A stretch of DNA of 62,905 bases, filler included, from 5 parts of 5 records of this genome joined end to end with filler, not necessarily neighbours in it, one strand, 5' to 3'; shown: positions 1 through 9,177, counted from the first letter of the whole stretch. Program-made: numbers and translations. Notes: a model not told the origin generated them from the sequence alone.

Positions 1-1
1 T

Positions 2-3000
2 AAAGCTGGAATAGAAAAGTCTAAACAAGACTTAATAGATCAGAATAATGAAATAGTAGAGCAAAGAGTTAACTTAGCCACAAATAACTTAAATAAGCAA
101 GGTGGAGAGTTGTTACAGCAGTCTATGAAAAGGCAGGAGGAATTAAGAAATCAAGCAGAAGCCTTAGATAACAATAACAGTATACCTGACGATCAAAAAG
201 CTGCAATATTAAATGCGCTAGAGGCAGAGTTTGATCAAATAGAAGCTGGAGCAGATAAATTCAAACAAGCTTTTACAAATACGTTTGGTTTATTATCTAA
301 TAAAGAACAGAGTAGATTAAAAACAGAAGCTGAAAGACTATTAAAGGTTGATGGAAATCAAAATATTTCTGGTGATAAAATAGCTAGAAAAGCAGAGCAA
401 CTACACACGAAGGAAAAGCTAGAACAAACTTTACAGTCAGATCAGTCTACGCTCAAAGCATTAGCTGGAGCTGGTATTGAAGTTGGTTATAGCGTTGAAG
501 ATACTAACGCGGGTGCTATAAAGTCTTTTACTGCGATGATGAATTTTAGAGCTGCAGATGAAAACAATAGTATAACACAAGAGCAAGCAGACTCTTTAAT
601 CGAAGAGTTTACTGATGGTATTAACGATGGAACATTAAATGGATTTAACGTTCCTTCTACAAATACGAAAACAGGTAAAAAAGTATACGACTCTATAACA
701 TCGGTTCAAAACTCAATAGCTAATGAAAGAAGCCAAACAAGTCTACATGAACTTGGACATGTTATAACAACTGAAGCTTTGGGATCAGATCCTGCTGCTT
801 TTGAAGAAACAAAAAACCTTATACTTTCTTATTTAGAAAAAGCTAACCCAGAAGCTTATACAAGAATAACAACTAGAACTAGAGGTCAAAGCGCTGATGA
901 AGTTTTAATGGTGTTTTTTGAAGAGGTTGCTGATAATAAAATAAAATTAGACAAAGCAAAAGGCACTGGGTTCTTAGGCTATCTTGGTTCAATGCTTGGA
1001 ACAGCTGCTTCAAAAGCTTCTAACACAGATTACAACTACAACTTCAAAGGCGAGACTGATATAGTTAACTTCGCTAAAGAGTTAGGTAGAAAACTTAAAG
1101 ATGGAACTTTAACAGTTGAAGACGTTGAGACTATACAGCAAGAAGGTTTAGGTGGTAAAAAAGAAGTACCTGTTATTCCTTTAGACGAAGTTGTTGTGAC
1201 TGGGGCAGCTGCTAGTAAATCTAGTAGAGAGGTTGAAACGCAAGAGCAAATAACTCCTGAGCAAAAAACAAAAAACAAACAACTAGTACAAAAAATTGTT
1301 GACGGTGATTTTTCGGCTATAAACACTCTTGTTCAAGACAATGCTGGTTTAATTCTTGGACCAAAAGTTTTAGGTTTTAATCAAGACATATCTAAGAATA
1401 GCGGTGTAATGTCTGAAGACCTGTTGAATGTAGTGCAAGATATACTAACACCTGGTTTAGCTAATCTGGTTATGCCTGGTAGATATAGAGATGCTGGAGA
1501 CACAAACAGAACAGGACCTATAAGTTTAGCTCATGAATATAACGTAAAGAAAGGTGAAGTTAGTACTTTTCTAGGTTTGCTGGGACTAAGAAAAGCGGAT
1601 ATATACACAGCGGCAGGACTTGATCCTAATAAATTTAATTTAGTTGCTATTGATTCTTCTACTAAACAAATAGTAGACGAAGGATCAGACACTAAAAAAC
1701 CTAAGCCAGAAAAAGAGGTATCTACTATTCAGATAGATCCAAGAGAGTTTGGACCTGTTACCGAAGGTAATAAACTCAAGGATGTAGAAAGTATAGTTGA
1801 AGTAACTGACAAAGAAAGATTAACATTCAAAAAACTAGCTTCTAAATACTTTGATAAAGTTTCACAAGCGTTGTTTGGTATGCCTGGCAAAAAAGTAAAA
1901 GGTAATGCTAGTTTAAAGTATGCTGATGTTAAGGGTCAACCTAGTTCTTCTGAAGCTAGTAAGCTTCAAAATGTTTTTAAAAATGTTGAAGACGTTAGAA
2001 ACTTTATAAAATCTATGCCGCCTTATAATGTTGCTACGAGTCAAACAGTAATAGATAGACAGGGTAAAAAAGTAGATGTTTCTAAAGATGTTAGAGGTAG
2101 ATCTATAGCTATAAATCCTACAATATTAAAAAAGTTTTATCAACCAGTTACTAGAGCTATAGAGGGTATATCAAACGAAAGTGGTAGAAGTTTAGGTAGT
2201 ACAAGTCAAACTCAAGTGTATGAATTAAGACCAGAATATAGAGGTAGAATACCAAAAACAACTATAGAAGCTTTACAAAAAAGTCTTGGCATTACTAAAG
2301 GAGAATTAAGCGTGCCAATTAAAGGGCCAGCTAGAACAGATTTTGGATCACTACTTACTGGACTATCTAAAATGTATGTAGACAATCTTATAAACACTGT
2401 AGGTAGATCTAAGCTTACTACGGATCAAGCTAAAGCAGATACTGGGGCTGGCAAGAATAAAGCTATGGCTAGTAGAGAAACACAGAAGCTAGACTGGAAA
2501 CAAACGGATGAAGCTTTAGTAGCTTCTTTTAAAGTAGGTAATAGAACTTATAAGACAACTTTAGAAGAAACCGCTTTTATGGAGTTTGACGAAGGTCAAA
2601 CCTACCGTGACATAGAAAATATAGCTAAAGATTTAGATATACTTGAAGATGCGGAAGGAGATCCAATCGAAAGTTCTGAGAACTTTTACCATTTAGAATT
2701 TGGAGATACTAAACTTGGAAAAGGTATAACAGGTGAAGGTAATGCCTTTGAAGTGTTTACCACTACCATGAACGGTGTTGTAGATTACTTAAAAGCTAAT
2801 CCAAAAATAGAAGGTGTTGTTTTCACAGCTAAAGAACCTAGCAGAATTAGATTATATAAAACTCTAAGTCAAGTTTTAGCTGGTAAACTAAATGGTAGCT
2901 ATGGTTTTAAAAACGACACATTTATCGTTTCAACTAAACCTGAAGCGACTAGCAAGCCAAAGTCAATGGCTAGTAGAGAGGTTAAAGCAGAAGACATTAG

Positions 3001-6000
3001 AACAGCTGCTGAAAAAAGTACTGGTAAAATAACTGGCTCAACTCTATCAAACTATAGTGTAAAACAGTTAGATGACTTAGGTTTTAAAACAGTAGCTGAT
3101 GTTAAAGAGTTTCTTAAGCTTCCTGTGTTACCAGCTAGGGAAATAAATGGAAAATTAAGAGCCGCTGATAAAGACGTACCTTTAAAGTCTGGTTACAAAA
3201 TGTTAGGTGGAAACCTAGATTTAATGACTGATGCTATAAAAGAGTTTTTGAATGAATTTCCACAGTATAGAGAGATTATAAGAAGATCTACGACTAACGG
3301 ACTTAGCAGATCAAGCATAGGCTCTCCCAAGGTGTTTGATAGGGTTATACCTAAAAGCGACAAGAAGTATGATATAATTTATAGAAATACATATAAGGCT
3401 AAAGATAGAAAATTATCTAAACCGTTTGTTAAAAAAACAAAAAGTAGTGGCTTTGTTTCAGCTCAATATGCAAAATTAGATTATCTAAAAAACTATTGGA
3501 TAGATATTCAAAGTTTTTTAAAAAAGAAACCTGAGTTATCTTTTTTATTCGAACAGATGTTAGATGATGCTCAAAACGATATGGGTAGTCTAATGAGAAT
3601 AAGTCCTCCCATACTATATCTACCGTTAAACAGTAAAGGCGAAATAGACTTTAACTCGGAGATAAGGGAAGAGCATAACATGCCTCAAAACAATGTAGGT
3701 AGCATGCTTTTAGATGCAGCTATAAACGGGAATGTTGAGCAGGTGTTTAAAGTTGTTTCAGCTACGTATATGCAAGGACCACTAACAATGGCTGATGACG
3801 ATAAAGTAAATATAAAGTACAGTAGATCTATGCCTGATTTTTTCTGGGATACTATGGTTCCTAGAATACTATCAGGTGACTTAAAGATACCAGAAGGAAC
3901 AGCTTCTTTAATAAGGTTAGTTGAGTCAGATATAAACCTAGATAACTATAATTTTTTACCAGAAAATAAAACTTTTTCAGAATACTTTTTTAGCACTAAT
4001 GGATTACCTACAAATATACAAAGCAAATTATTGAAGGATTTTTTTGCAGGTGATGCTACTTTAAAGCAGATTAGAAATCAAGGATTAGCTTATAATGAAT
4101 TAGCTCCTGGAATGGCTAGAGCTTCTAAGGAAAATAATAGCATACTACCTGAAGCTATAAAGTACGATAAAGATATTACTGTTCCTATGAGCATTGCTGC
4201 TTTAGAAAAAACCGATAAAGCTTTAGAACTTGCTAGAAAAATAGATCAACCTGTTAAGAAAATTAGAGTATTTGATTTTGACGATACATTGGCTAGAACT
4301 AAAAGCAACGTGCTATACACAATGCCTGATGGAATTACTGGAGCTATTGACGCTGCTACATTTGCTAAAGAAGCAGGTAACATGGAAGCTGAAGGAGCTC
4401 AATGGGATTTCTCTGAGTTTAGTAAAGTGATGCAAGGAAGTAAAGGACCATTATTAGATGTAGCTAAGATCATAGCGGACAAACGTGGAACTAAAGATGT
4501 ATTTGTTTTAACGGCAAGACCTGCAGATGCAGCTGGACCAATTAAAGAATTCTTAGCTAGTATGGGGTTGGATATTCCACTTGCTAATATTACTGGTTTA
4601 GGTGATGGAGCTCCACAGGCTAAAGCTGGTTGGATTATGGGTAAAGCAGCTGAAGGTTATAATGACTTTTATTTCGCGGACGATCACACTGGAAACGTTA
4701 GAGCAGTTAAAGATGTACTTAGTCAAATCGATGTTAAATCTAAAGTTCAATTAGCAAAAGCCAGTAAAGAGCAAACCTTTAATACTATTGTAAACGATAT
4801 GATCGAGGATTCGTCTGGTATTGAATCCTACAAAAAGTATTCTGCAGCAAGAGCTAAAACAGTCGGCGCTAGCAAGGGTAAATATGCTTTTCTTATTCCA
4901 CCATCTGCTGAAGACTTTACAGGTTTACTATATAAAATGATAGGTAAAGGTAAAAAAGGAGATGCTCAAATGGCTTTCCTAAAAACAAACTTACTCGATA
5001 CTTACAATAGAGCTGAATCAGCGGTTACACAAGCTAAGGTGTCTGCTGCAAATGATTTTGTAGCTTTAAAAACAAAACTAAAAACACTACCTAAAACTTT
5101 AAGTAAAGAAACTGGTATTGGTAAATTCACTTACTCTCATGCAGTACGTGTTGCCGCTTGGACCAAGCAAGGTATGGATATACCAGGTTTATCTAAAAGA
5201 GATGTCAAGGAATTGGTTGACTTTGTAAACAAAGACGCTAAGCTAAGAGTATTCACTGACGAGCTTATTAAAATACAAAAAGGCAAAGAATACCCAGCGC
5301 CCGGTAAAGACTGGTTAGGTGGAAATATCACCACAGATATTATTGGTGGTATTAACAAAGTTAACAGAGCTGAGTATCAGCAAGAGTGGAGAGAGAACAT
5401 CGATGTTATATTCTCTGAAGATAATATGAACAAGATGGAGGCTGCATATGGAACTAGATGGCGTGAAGCTATGGAAGATTCTATACGTAGAATGAAATCC
5501 GGTAGCAATAGACCAATTGGAGGTAACAGAGTAACAGAAGGATTACTTAACTGGTTAAACAACTCTGTTGGCGCTGTAATGTTCTTAAATACAAGATCTG
5601 CATTGTTACAGACTATATCTGCGGTAAACTTTATAAACTTGAGTGATAATAATATAGTGAAAGCTGGAGTGGCGTTTGCAAATCAAAAACAGTTTTGGAA
5701 AGATTTTATGACGCTTATGAATTCTGACTACTTAGTAGAACGTAGAAATGGTCTTAAGATTAACGTAAGTGAGTCTGAGATTGCTGACGCTGTAAGAGAA
5801 TCTAAGAACAAACCTAAAGCAGCTATTGCTTTCTTATTAAGTAAAGGTTTTGTGATGACTAGATTTGCAGATAGTTTTGCTATTGCATCTGGTGGTTCTA
5901 CATTTTATAGAAATAGAGTTAATAAGTATGTCAAAGAAGGTGTAGAGCAGAGCGTTGCTGAAAAGCAAGCGTTTGCAGATTTTAAAGCTATAGCGGAAAC

Positions 6001-6952
6001 AAGTCAACAGTCTAGTTCACCTAGCAAGATTAGCCAACAACAAGCGTCAGCAGCAGGTCGTGTAATACTTGCTTGGGCAAATACGCCGATGCAATATGCT
6101 CGTATACAAAAACGCGCAGCTCAAGATCTTATAAATGGTCGTGGAGACTGGAGAACTCACGTGTCTAATATAGTTTACTACGGTGCTATTCAGAATTTAA
6201 TATTTAACTCGCTGCAAAGCGCTGTGTTTGCTTTAGGATTTGGAGATGACGAAGAAGAAACTGACGAGGCTAAGTCTAAAAAGAAAGAAGAAAAAGCCTA
6301 CAAGATAGCTAATGGAATGATTGATTCTCAATTAAAAGGCTTAGGTGTATTTGGAGCTGCAAGTGTAGCTATGAAAAACACTTTAATGACTCTTTATAAA
6401 GAACATAACAAAAAAAGCCCTAAGTACGAAAACGCAGTAGCTGATTTACTTAGCTTTTCACCACCACTTGGATCTAAGATAGGTAAAATAACTGGAGGTC
6501 TTAGAAGTGCTAGCTGGAATAGAAAAGATATGAAAGAAAAAGGTTTTAGCTTAGATAACCCAGCTTATATGGCAGGTGCTCAAGTTGTAACTGGTCTTAC
6601 AAATGTTCCACTTGATAGAGTTATGAAGAAGATTAACAATGTAAGAGGTATTGTTAACGAAAGATCTGCTCTATGGCAGAAAGTAGCTCTAGGTCTTGGT
6701 TGGTCAACCTGGGATGTAGGTCTTGGATATTACGGAGGTTTTGATAAAGAAAAACCATTAACACCTAAGCAGCAATTAAAGCTAGAAGTTGATACAATGA
6801 AGAAAGATACTAGTAAGCCAGAACAAATTAAAACATTACTAGATTTTGGTTTAAATAAAAAGCAAATTAGAGAGCTTAAAAACGAAAACAATAGAGTTAA
6901 AAAAATATTAGAACTACAAAAAAAAGATAAAAATGCCGGATCCAAAAAATAA
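2..6952 (+). CDS. Giant multidomain virion/ejection-type protein, 5'-truncated: zincin HExxH domain, sigma-region-2-like module, HAD phosphatase domain, helical C-terminal region
   Basis: Frame is open from base 2, so the true start lies upstream of the window. HELGH at 746-760 with a downstream Glu. VFDFDDT..LTAR..K..FADD at ~4260-4690. Lies next to the lysis genes. Confidence 0.75.
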   Translation, partial: KAGIEKSKQDLIDQNNEIVEQRVNLATNNLNKQGGELLQQSMKRQEELRNQAEALDNNNSIPDDQKAAILNALEAEFDQIEAGADKFKQAFTNTFGLLSNKEQSRLKTEAERLLKVDGNQNISGDKIARKAEQLHTKEKLEQTLQSDQSTLKALAGAGIEVGYSVEDTNAGAIKSFTAMMNFRAADENNSITQEQADSLIEEFTDGINDGTLNGFNVPSTNTKTGKKVYDSITSVQNSIANERSQTSLHELGHVITTEALGSDPAAFEETKNLILSYLEKANPEAYTRITTRTRGQSADEVLMVFFEEVADNKIKLDKAKGTGFLGYLGSMLGTAASKASNTDYNYNFKGETDIVNFAKELGRKLKDGTLTVEDVETIQQEGLGGKKEVPVIPLDEVVVTGAAASKSSREVETQEQITPEQKTKNKQLVQKIVDGDFSAINTLVQDNAGLILGPKVLGFNQDISKNSGVMSEDLLNVVQDILTPGLANLVMPGRYRDAGDTNRTGPISLAHEYNVKKGEVSTFLGLLGLRKADIYTAAGLDPNKFNLVAIDSSTKQIVDEGSDTKKPKPEKEVSTIQIDPREFGPVTEGNKLKDVESIVEVTDKERLTFKKLASKYFDKVSQALFGMPGKKVKGNASLKYADVKGQPSSSEASKLQNVFKNVEDVRNFIKSMPPYNVATSQTVIDRQGKKVDVSKDVRGRSIAINPTILKKFYQPVTRAIEGISNESGRSLGSTSQTQVYELRPEYRGRIPKTTIEALQKSLGITKGELSVPIKGPARTDFGSLLTGLSKMYVDNLINTVGRSKLTTDQAKADTGAGKNKAMASRETQKLDWKQTDEALVASFKVGNRTYKTTLEETAFMEFDEGQTYRDIENIAKDLDILEDAEGDPIESSENFYHLEFGDTKLGKGITGEGNAFEVFTTTMNGVVDYLKANPKIEGVVFTAKEPSRIRLYKTLSQVLAGKLNGSYGFKNDTFIVSTKPEATSKPKSMASREVKAEDIRTAAEKSTGKITGSTLSNYSVKQLDDLGFKTVADVKEFLKLPVLPAREINGKLRAADKDVPLKSGYKMLGGNLDLMTDAIKEFLNEFPQYREIIRRSTTNGLSRSSIGSPKVFDRVIPKSDKKYDIIYRNTYKAKDRKLSKPFVKKTKSSGFVSAQYAKLDYLKNYWIDIQSFLKKKPELSFLFEQMLDDAQNDMGSLMRISPPILYLPLNSKGEIDFNSEIREEHNMPQNNVGSMLLDAAINGNVEQVFKVVSATYMQGPLTMADDDKVNIKYSRSMPDFFWDTMVPRILSGDLKIPEGTASLIRLVESDINLDNYNFLPENKTFSEYFFSTNGLPTNIQSKLLKDFFAGDATLKQIRNQGLAYNELAPGMARASKENNSILPEAIKYDKDITVPMSIAALEKTDKALELARKIDQPVKKIRVFDFDDTLARTKSNVLYTMPDGITGAIDAATFAKEAGNMEAEGAQWDFSEFSKVMQGSKGPLLDVAKIIADKRGTKDVFVLTARPADAAGPIKEFLASMGLDIPLANITGLGDGAPQAKAGWIMGKAAEGYNDFYFADDHTGNVRAVKDVLSQIDVKSKVQLAKASKEQTFNTIVNDMIEDSSGIESYKKYSAARAKTVGASKGKYAFLIPPSAEDFTGLLYKMIGKGKKGDAQMAFLKTNLLDTYNRAESAVTQAKVSAANDFVALKTKLKTLPKTLSKETGIGKFTYSHAVRVAAWTKQGMDIPGLSKRDVKELVDFVNKDAKLRVFTDELIKIQKGKEYPAPGKDWLGGNITTDIIGGINKVNRAEYQQEWRENIDVIFSEDNMNKMEAAYGTRWREAMEDSIRRMKSGSNRPIGGNRVTEGLLNWLNNSVGAVMFLNTRSALLQTISAVNFINLSDNNIVKAGVAFANQKQFWKDFMTLMNSDYLVERRNGLKINVSESEIADAVRESKNKPKAAIAFLLSKGFVMTRFADSFAIASGGSTFYRNRVNKYVKEGVEQSVAEKQAFADFKAIAETSQQSSSPSKISQQQASAAGRVILAWANTPMQYARIQKRAAQDLINGRGDWRTHVSNIVYYGAIQNLIFNSLQSAVFALGFGDDEEETDEAKSKKKEEKAYKIANGMIDSQLKGLGVFGAASVAMKNTLMTLYKEHNKKSPKYENAVADLLSFSPPLGSKIGKITGGLRSASWNRKDMKEKGFSLDNPAYMAGAQVVTGLTNVPLDRVMKKINNVRGIVNERSALWQKVALGLGWSTWDVGLGYYGGFDKEKPLTPKQQLKLEVDTMKKDTSKPEQIKTLLDFGLNKKQIRELKNENNRVKKILELQKKDKNAGSKK

Positions 6953-7364
6953 CAAAAAAGAATTACCAAAAAAAGTAGACACTAGGTATACTGATAATTT
7001 GAAAATGGTTTTAGAAAAACATAGAAGACAAAACAATCAACCAACACCACCGCCTACTAGCAACAAAAGTTACAGTAAGAAAGATAAAATAGCTCAAGAG
7101 CAATACGGTGAGTTTGGTTTTGACACTCTTAAGTACGAAGAGCAAGAGCGAGTATATAAAAACAATCCTGGATTACAAAGAGGCGAAGGAGATAAATACA
7201 CGGATTTTAAAGGACCTTTGGATATGTTAAAACCTAAATCTCCTTTTCAATTTAAAGGAGCAAATTCATCGAACTCAAAATGTTGGCCTGGTTATAAAAA
7301 GGTAGGAACTAAACCTTCACCTAGCGGAACCGGAGAAACTGTTAACGACTGCAAAAAAAAATAA
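6933..7364 (+). CDS. Small phage protein with KSPF motif and C-terminal CWxGY...V-N-D-C motif
   Basis: 143-aa ORF overlapping the upstream stop; the CWPGYKKVG..VNDC motif resembles one in small marine-phage proteins. Confidence 0.65.
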   Translation: MPDPKNNKKELPKKVDTRYTDNLKMVLEKHRRQNNQPTPPPTSNKSYSKKDKIAQEQYGEFGFDTLKYEEQERVYKNNPGLQRGEGDKYTDFKGPLDMLKPKSPFQFKGANSSNSKCWPGYKKVGTKPSPSGTGETVNDCKKK

Positions 7365-7367
7365 ACT

Positions 7368-7523
7368 ATGAGTCTATCAGACATTAAATTATACGCTATG
7401 AACGCTGGAGCATTAGGCGTAACAACGTTTACACGAATCGAAGACGGTTTAAAAATATTTCTATTACTAGTGACTATAGGTTATACTATATCTAAGTGGA
7501 TCGAACTAAAAAAAAATAAATAA
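7368..7523 (+). CDS. Small membrane protein, holin candidate (51 aa; not in ORF track)
   Basis: MSLSDIKLYAMNAGALGVTTFTRIEDGLKIFLLLVTIGYTISKWIELKKNK; hydrophobic helices and basic tail; TAATG-coupled to the next gene; near the amidase. Confidence 0.55.
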   Translation: MSLSDIKLYAMNAGALGVTTFTRIEDGLKIFLLLVTIGYTISKWIELKKNK

Positions 7524-7777
7524 TGGGTATATATAATGACATGATGTTCCCGAATTCTCCTTTGAATAGAGAAAAACCACACACAGCGGGAATGAGTGCG
7601 GCTGAAAGAGCTGCTTACAATAAGAAGACAGGTGGAAACTTAAAAGCTCCACAACCAGAAGGTGGATCACGTAAGGAATCTTATTGCGCTAGGTCTGCAG
7701 GTATTAAGAAATGTAAAGATCCAGACAAAAATGGAGACTGTCCAAACGACATCGCGAGAAGAAACTGGAAATGTTAA
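7523..7777 (+). CDS. Small basic phage protein, DUF6321-like
   Basis: GGNLKAP...RKESYCARSAG...ARRNWKC matches my recollection of the R-x-S-[FY]-CAR...W-x-C family. Confidence 0.55.
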   Translation: MGIYNDMMFPNSPLNREKPHTAGMSAAERAAYNKKTGGNLKAPQPEGGSRKESYCARSAGIKKCKDPDKNGDCPNDIARRNWKC

Positions 7778-7800
7778 TAAAAAATAAATAAATATAAAAA

Positions 7801-8280
7801 ATGAATACACCTTTTAACAAGAGTTTTTGTGGTAAATCTCCACTAAACGAATTAACAGCTAAACAGGAAGCTAATCTACCTGAAGCTTTAAAGACAGCTA
7901 TTGAAGCTAAGTCTCCAACAAATTATGGATCTCCGTTAGAGCAAAATTCTTTTGGCAAATCTAAACCATCTATAGTAAGCGAGAGATCACAAGCTAATAG
8001 GTATTTTGATTCAATTGTTAAGTTGCCGGGTATGAAAGAAGATTACGATGCGCATGTAAAAAGAAAAATAGAAGGGTATGAAGGAGACTATGGGTTTATT
8101 GCCCCACAACCAGGTGCAATTGTAACACCACAAAGACATGCTGTTAGTGTTGAAATTGCAAAAGGTGGTAAGTCTGGAGTTGCAGGTTTAAAGGCCATTC
8201 AAAGCGATGAATACAAGGAAAACTATAAAGAAACTTTAGGTGGAGAAAAAGCCCCGCGTAACACAAAGAGCACAAATTAA
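7801..8280 (+). CDS. Hypothetical virion-associated protein with SP[FL]-type repeats
   Basis: 159-aa ORF with TPF, KSPL, KSPT and GSPL motifs. Confidence 0.6.
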   Translation: MNTPFNKSFCGKSPLNELTAKQEANLPEALKTAIEAKSPTNYGSPLEQNSFGKSKPSIVSERSQANRYFDSIVKLPGMKEDYDAHVKRKIEGYEGDYGFIAPQPGAIVTPQRHAVSVEIAKGGKSGVAGLKAIQSDEYKENYKETLGGEKAPRNTKSTN

Positions 8281-8705
8281 TGCGTGAGATCAACAAGATC
8301 ATAGTTCATTGCACGGCTACGCCTGAAGGTAGGCATACTACCGTAGAGGACGTTAGACGATGGCATTTAGATCGAGGTTGGTCTGATATCGGATATCATT
8401 TTTTAATATATCTAGATGGCTCTCTGCACGAGGGGAGACCTGTTGAAAAGCAAGGAGCTCATTGCAAAGGTCATAATAAAGGATCTATTGGAATAGCTTA
8501 TGTTGGTGGGATTGATAAGGTTAATTTTAAACCTAAAGATACTAGAACTGAAGAGCAGAAAGAAGCTTTGGTATATATACTAGAGTATTTGAAGATACAA
8601 CACGCAGATGCGGTTGTACATGGACACAGGGACTTTGCTAATAAAGCTTGTCCTAGTTTTAATGCTACAGAAGAATACGATAACATAACTAACATGTGGA
8701 AATAA
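8280..8705 (+). CDS. N-acetylmuramoyl-L-alanine amidase (endolysin, T7-lysozyme/Amidase_2 type)
   Basis: IIVHCTAT, WSDIGYH, GAHCKGHN, GHRDF..KACPSF zinc-amidase motifs. Confidence 0.93.
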   Translation: MREINKIIVHCTATPEGRHTTVEDVRRWHLDRGWSDIGYHFLIYLDGSLHEGRPVEKQGAHCKGHNKGSIGIAYVGGIDKVNFKPKDTRTEEQKEALVYILEYLKIQHADAVVHGHRDFANKACPSFNATEEYDNITNMWK

Positions 8706-8785
8706 TGAAGAAAGTAATAGATTTTTTAAAGGGTGAATGGAACTCTTTAATGTATAAATTAATGTTTAAAAAAGAAAAAAAATGA
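8705..8785 (+). CDS. 26-aa amphipathic basic peptide (not in ORF track)
   Basis: MKKVIDFLKGEWNSLMYKLMFKKEKK; TAATG overlap with the amidase stop and ATGA overlap with the next gene. Confidence 0.5.
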   Translation: MKKVIDFLKGEWNSLMYKLMFKKEKK

Positions 8786-9087
8786 GTTCACCATTTCAAC
8801 AACAATTTTCAAAAAAGTCGCCAATTAATCAAGATCCTCCGAAGTTAAAAAAACGCGGAAGAGTTCCTTCTGAATATTTTTATAATTCCAAAGACTATAA
8901 CCCAAAAAATGAAACTCCTATTAGTGATATAATGGTTGAAGATAATGATTGGCAAGATAAACCAGTAAATGATCCAAAAGGAGTTCTTAACAGAGAGGCG
9001 ACTAGAAAAGAGTATAGAAAAGGTTATAGAGTAAAAAGACAAAAAGATGGGTCAGTAACTCTTAGAGGTAGAAGAGGTAATAAATAA
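8782..9087 (+). CDS. Hypothetical protein with SPF/KSPI leader
   Basis: 101-aa ORF; N-terminus resembles that of 7801-8280. Confidence 0.6.
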   Translation: MSSPFQQQFSKKSPINQDPPKLKKRGRVPSEYFYNSKDYNPKNETPISDIMVEDNDWQDKPVNDPKGVLNREATRKEYRKGYRVKRQKDGSVTLRGRRGNK

Positions 9088-9141
9088 TAAAAAAGGAACA
9101 AAAATAAATAGGCGTACCATACCTAAAGTTCCTGTAACCAG

Positions 9142-9173
9142 AAAGGGGTTCACGTAATGTGGACCCCTTTTTT
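9142..9173. terminator. Bidirectional intrinsic terminator between the convergent genome arms
   Basis: AAAGGGGTTCAC-GTAAT-GTGGACCCCTTTTTT hairpin with A and T tracts, between the + arm and nrdA. Confidence 0.85.
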
Positions 9174-9177
9174 GATT

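Noticed and set aside
3668-3685. EEHNMP as an HNH-like nuclease motif in the module between linkers 3 and 4
   Set aside because: Only a short motif; no convincing downstream Asn/His pattern by eye.
4268-4290. DFDD as a crAss-like virion RNA polymerase catalytic motif
   Set aside because: The sequence is DFDDT with downstream T, K and DD, which is HAD motif I rather than DxDxD.
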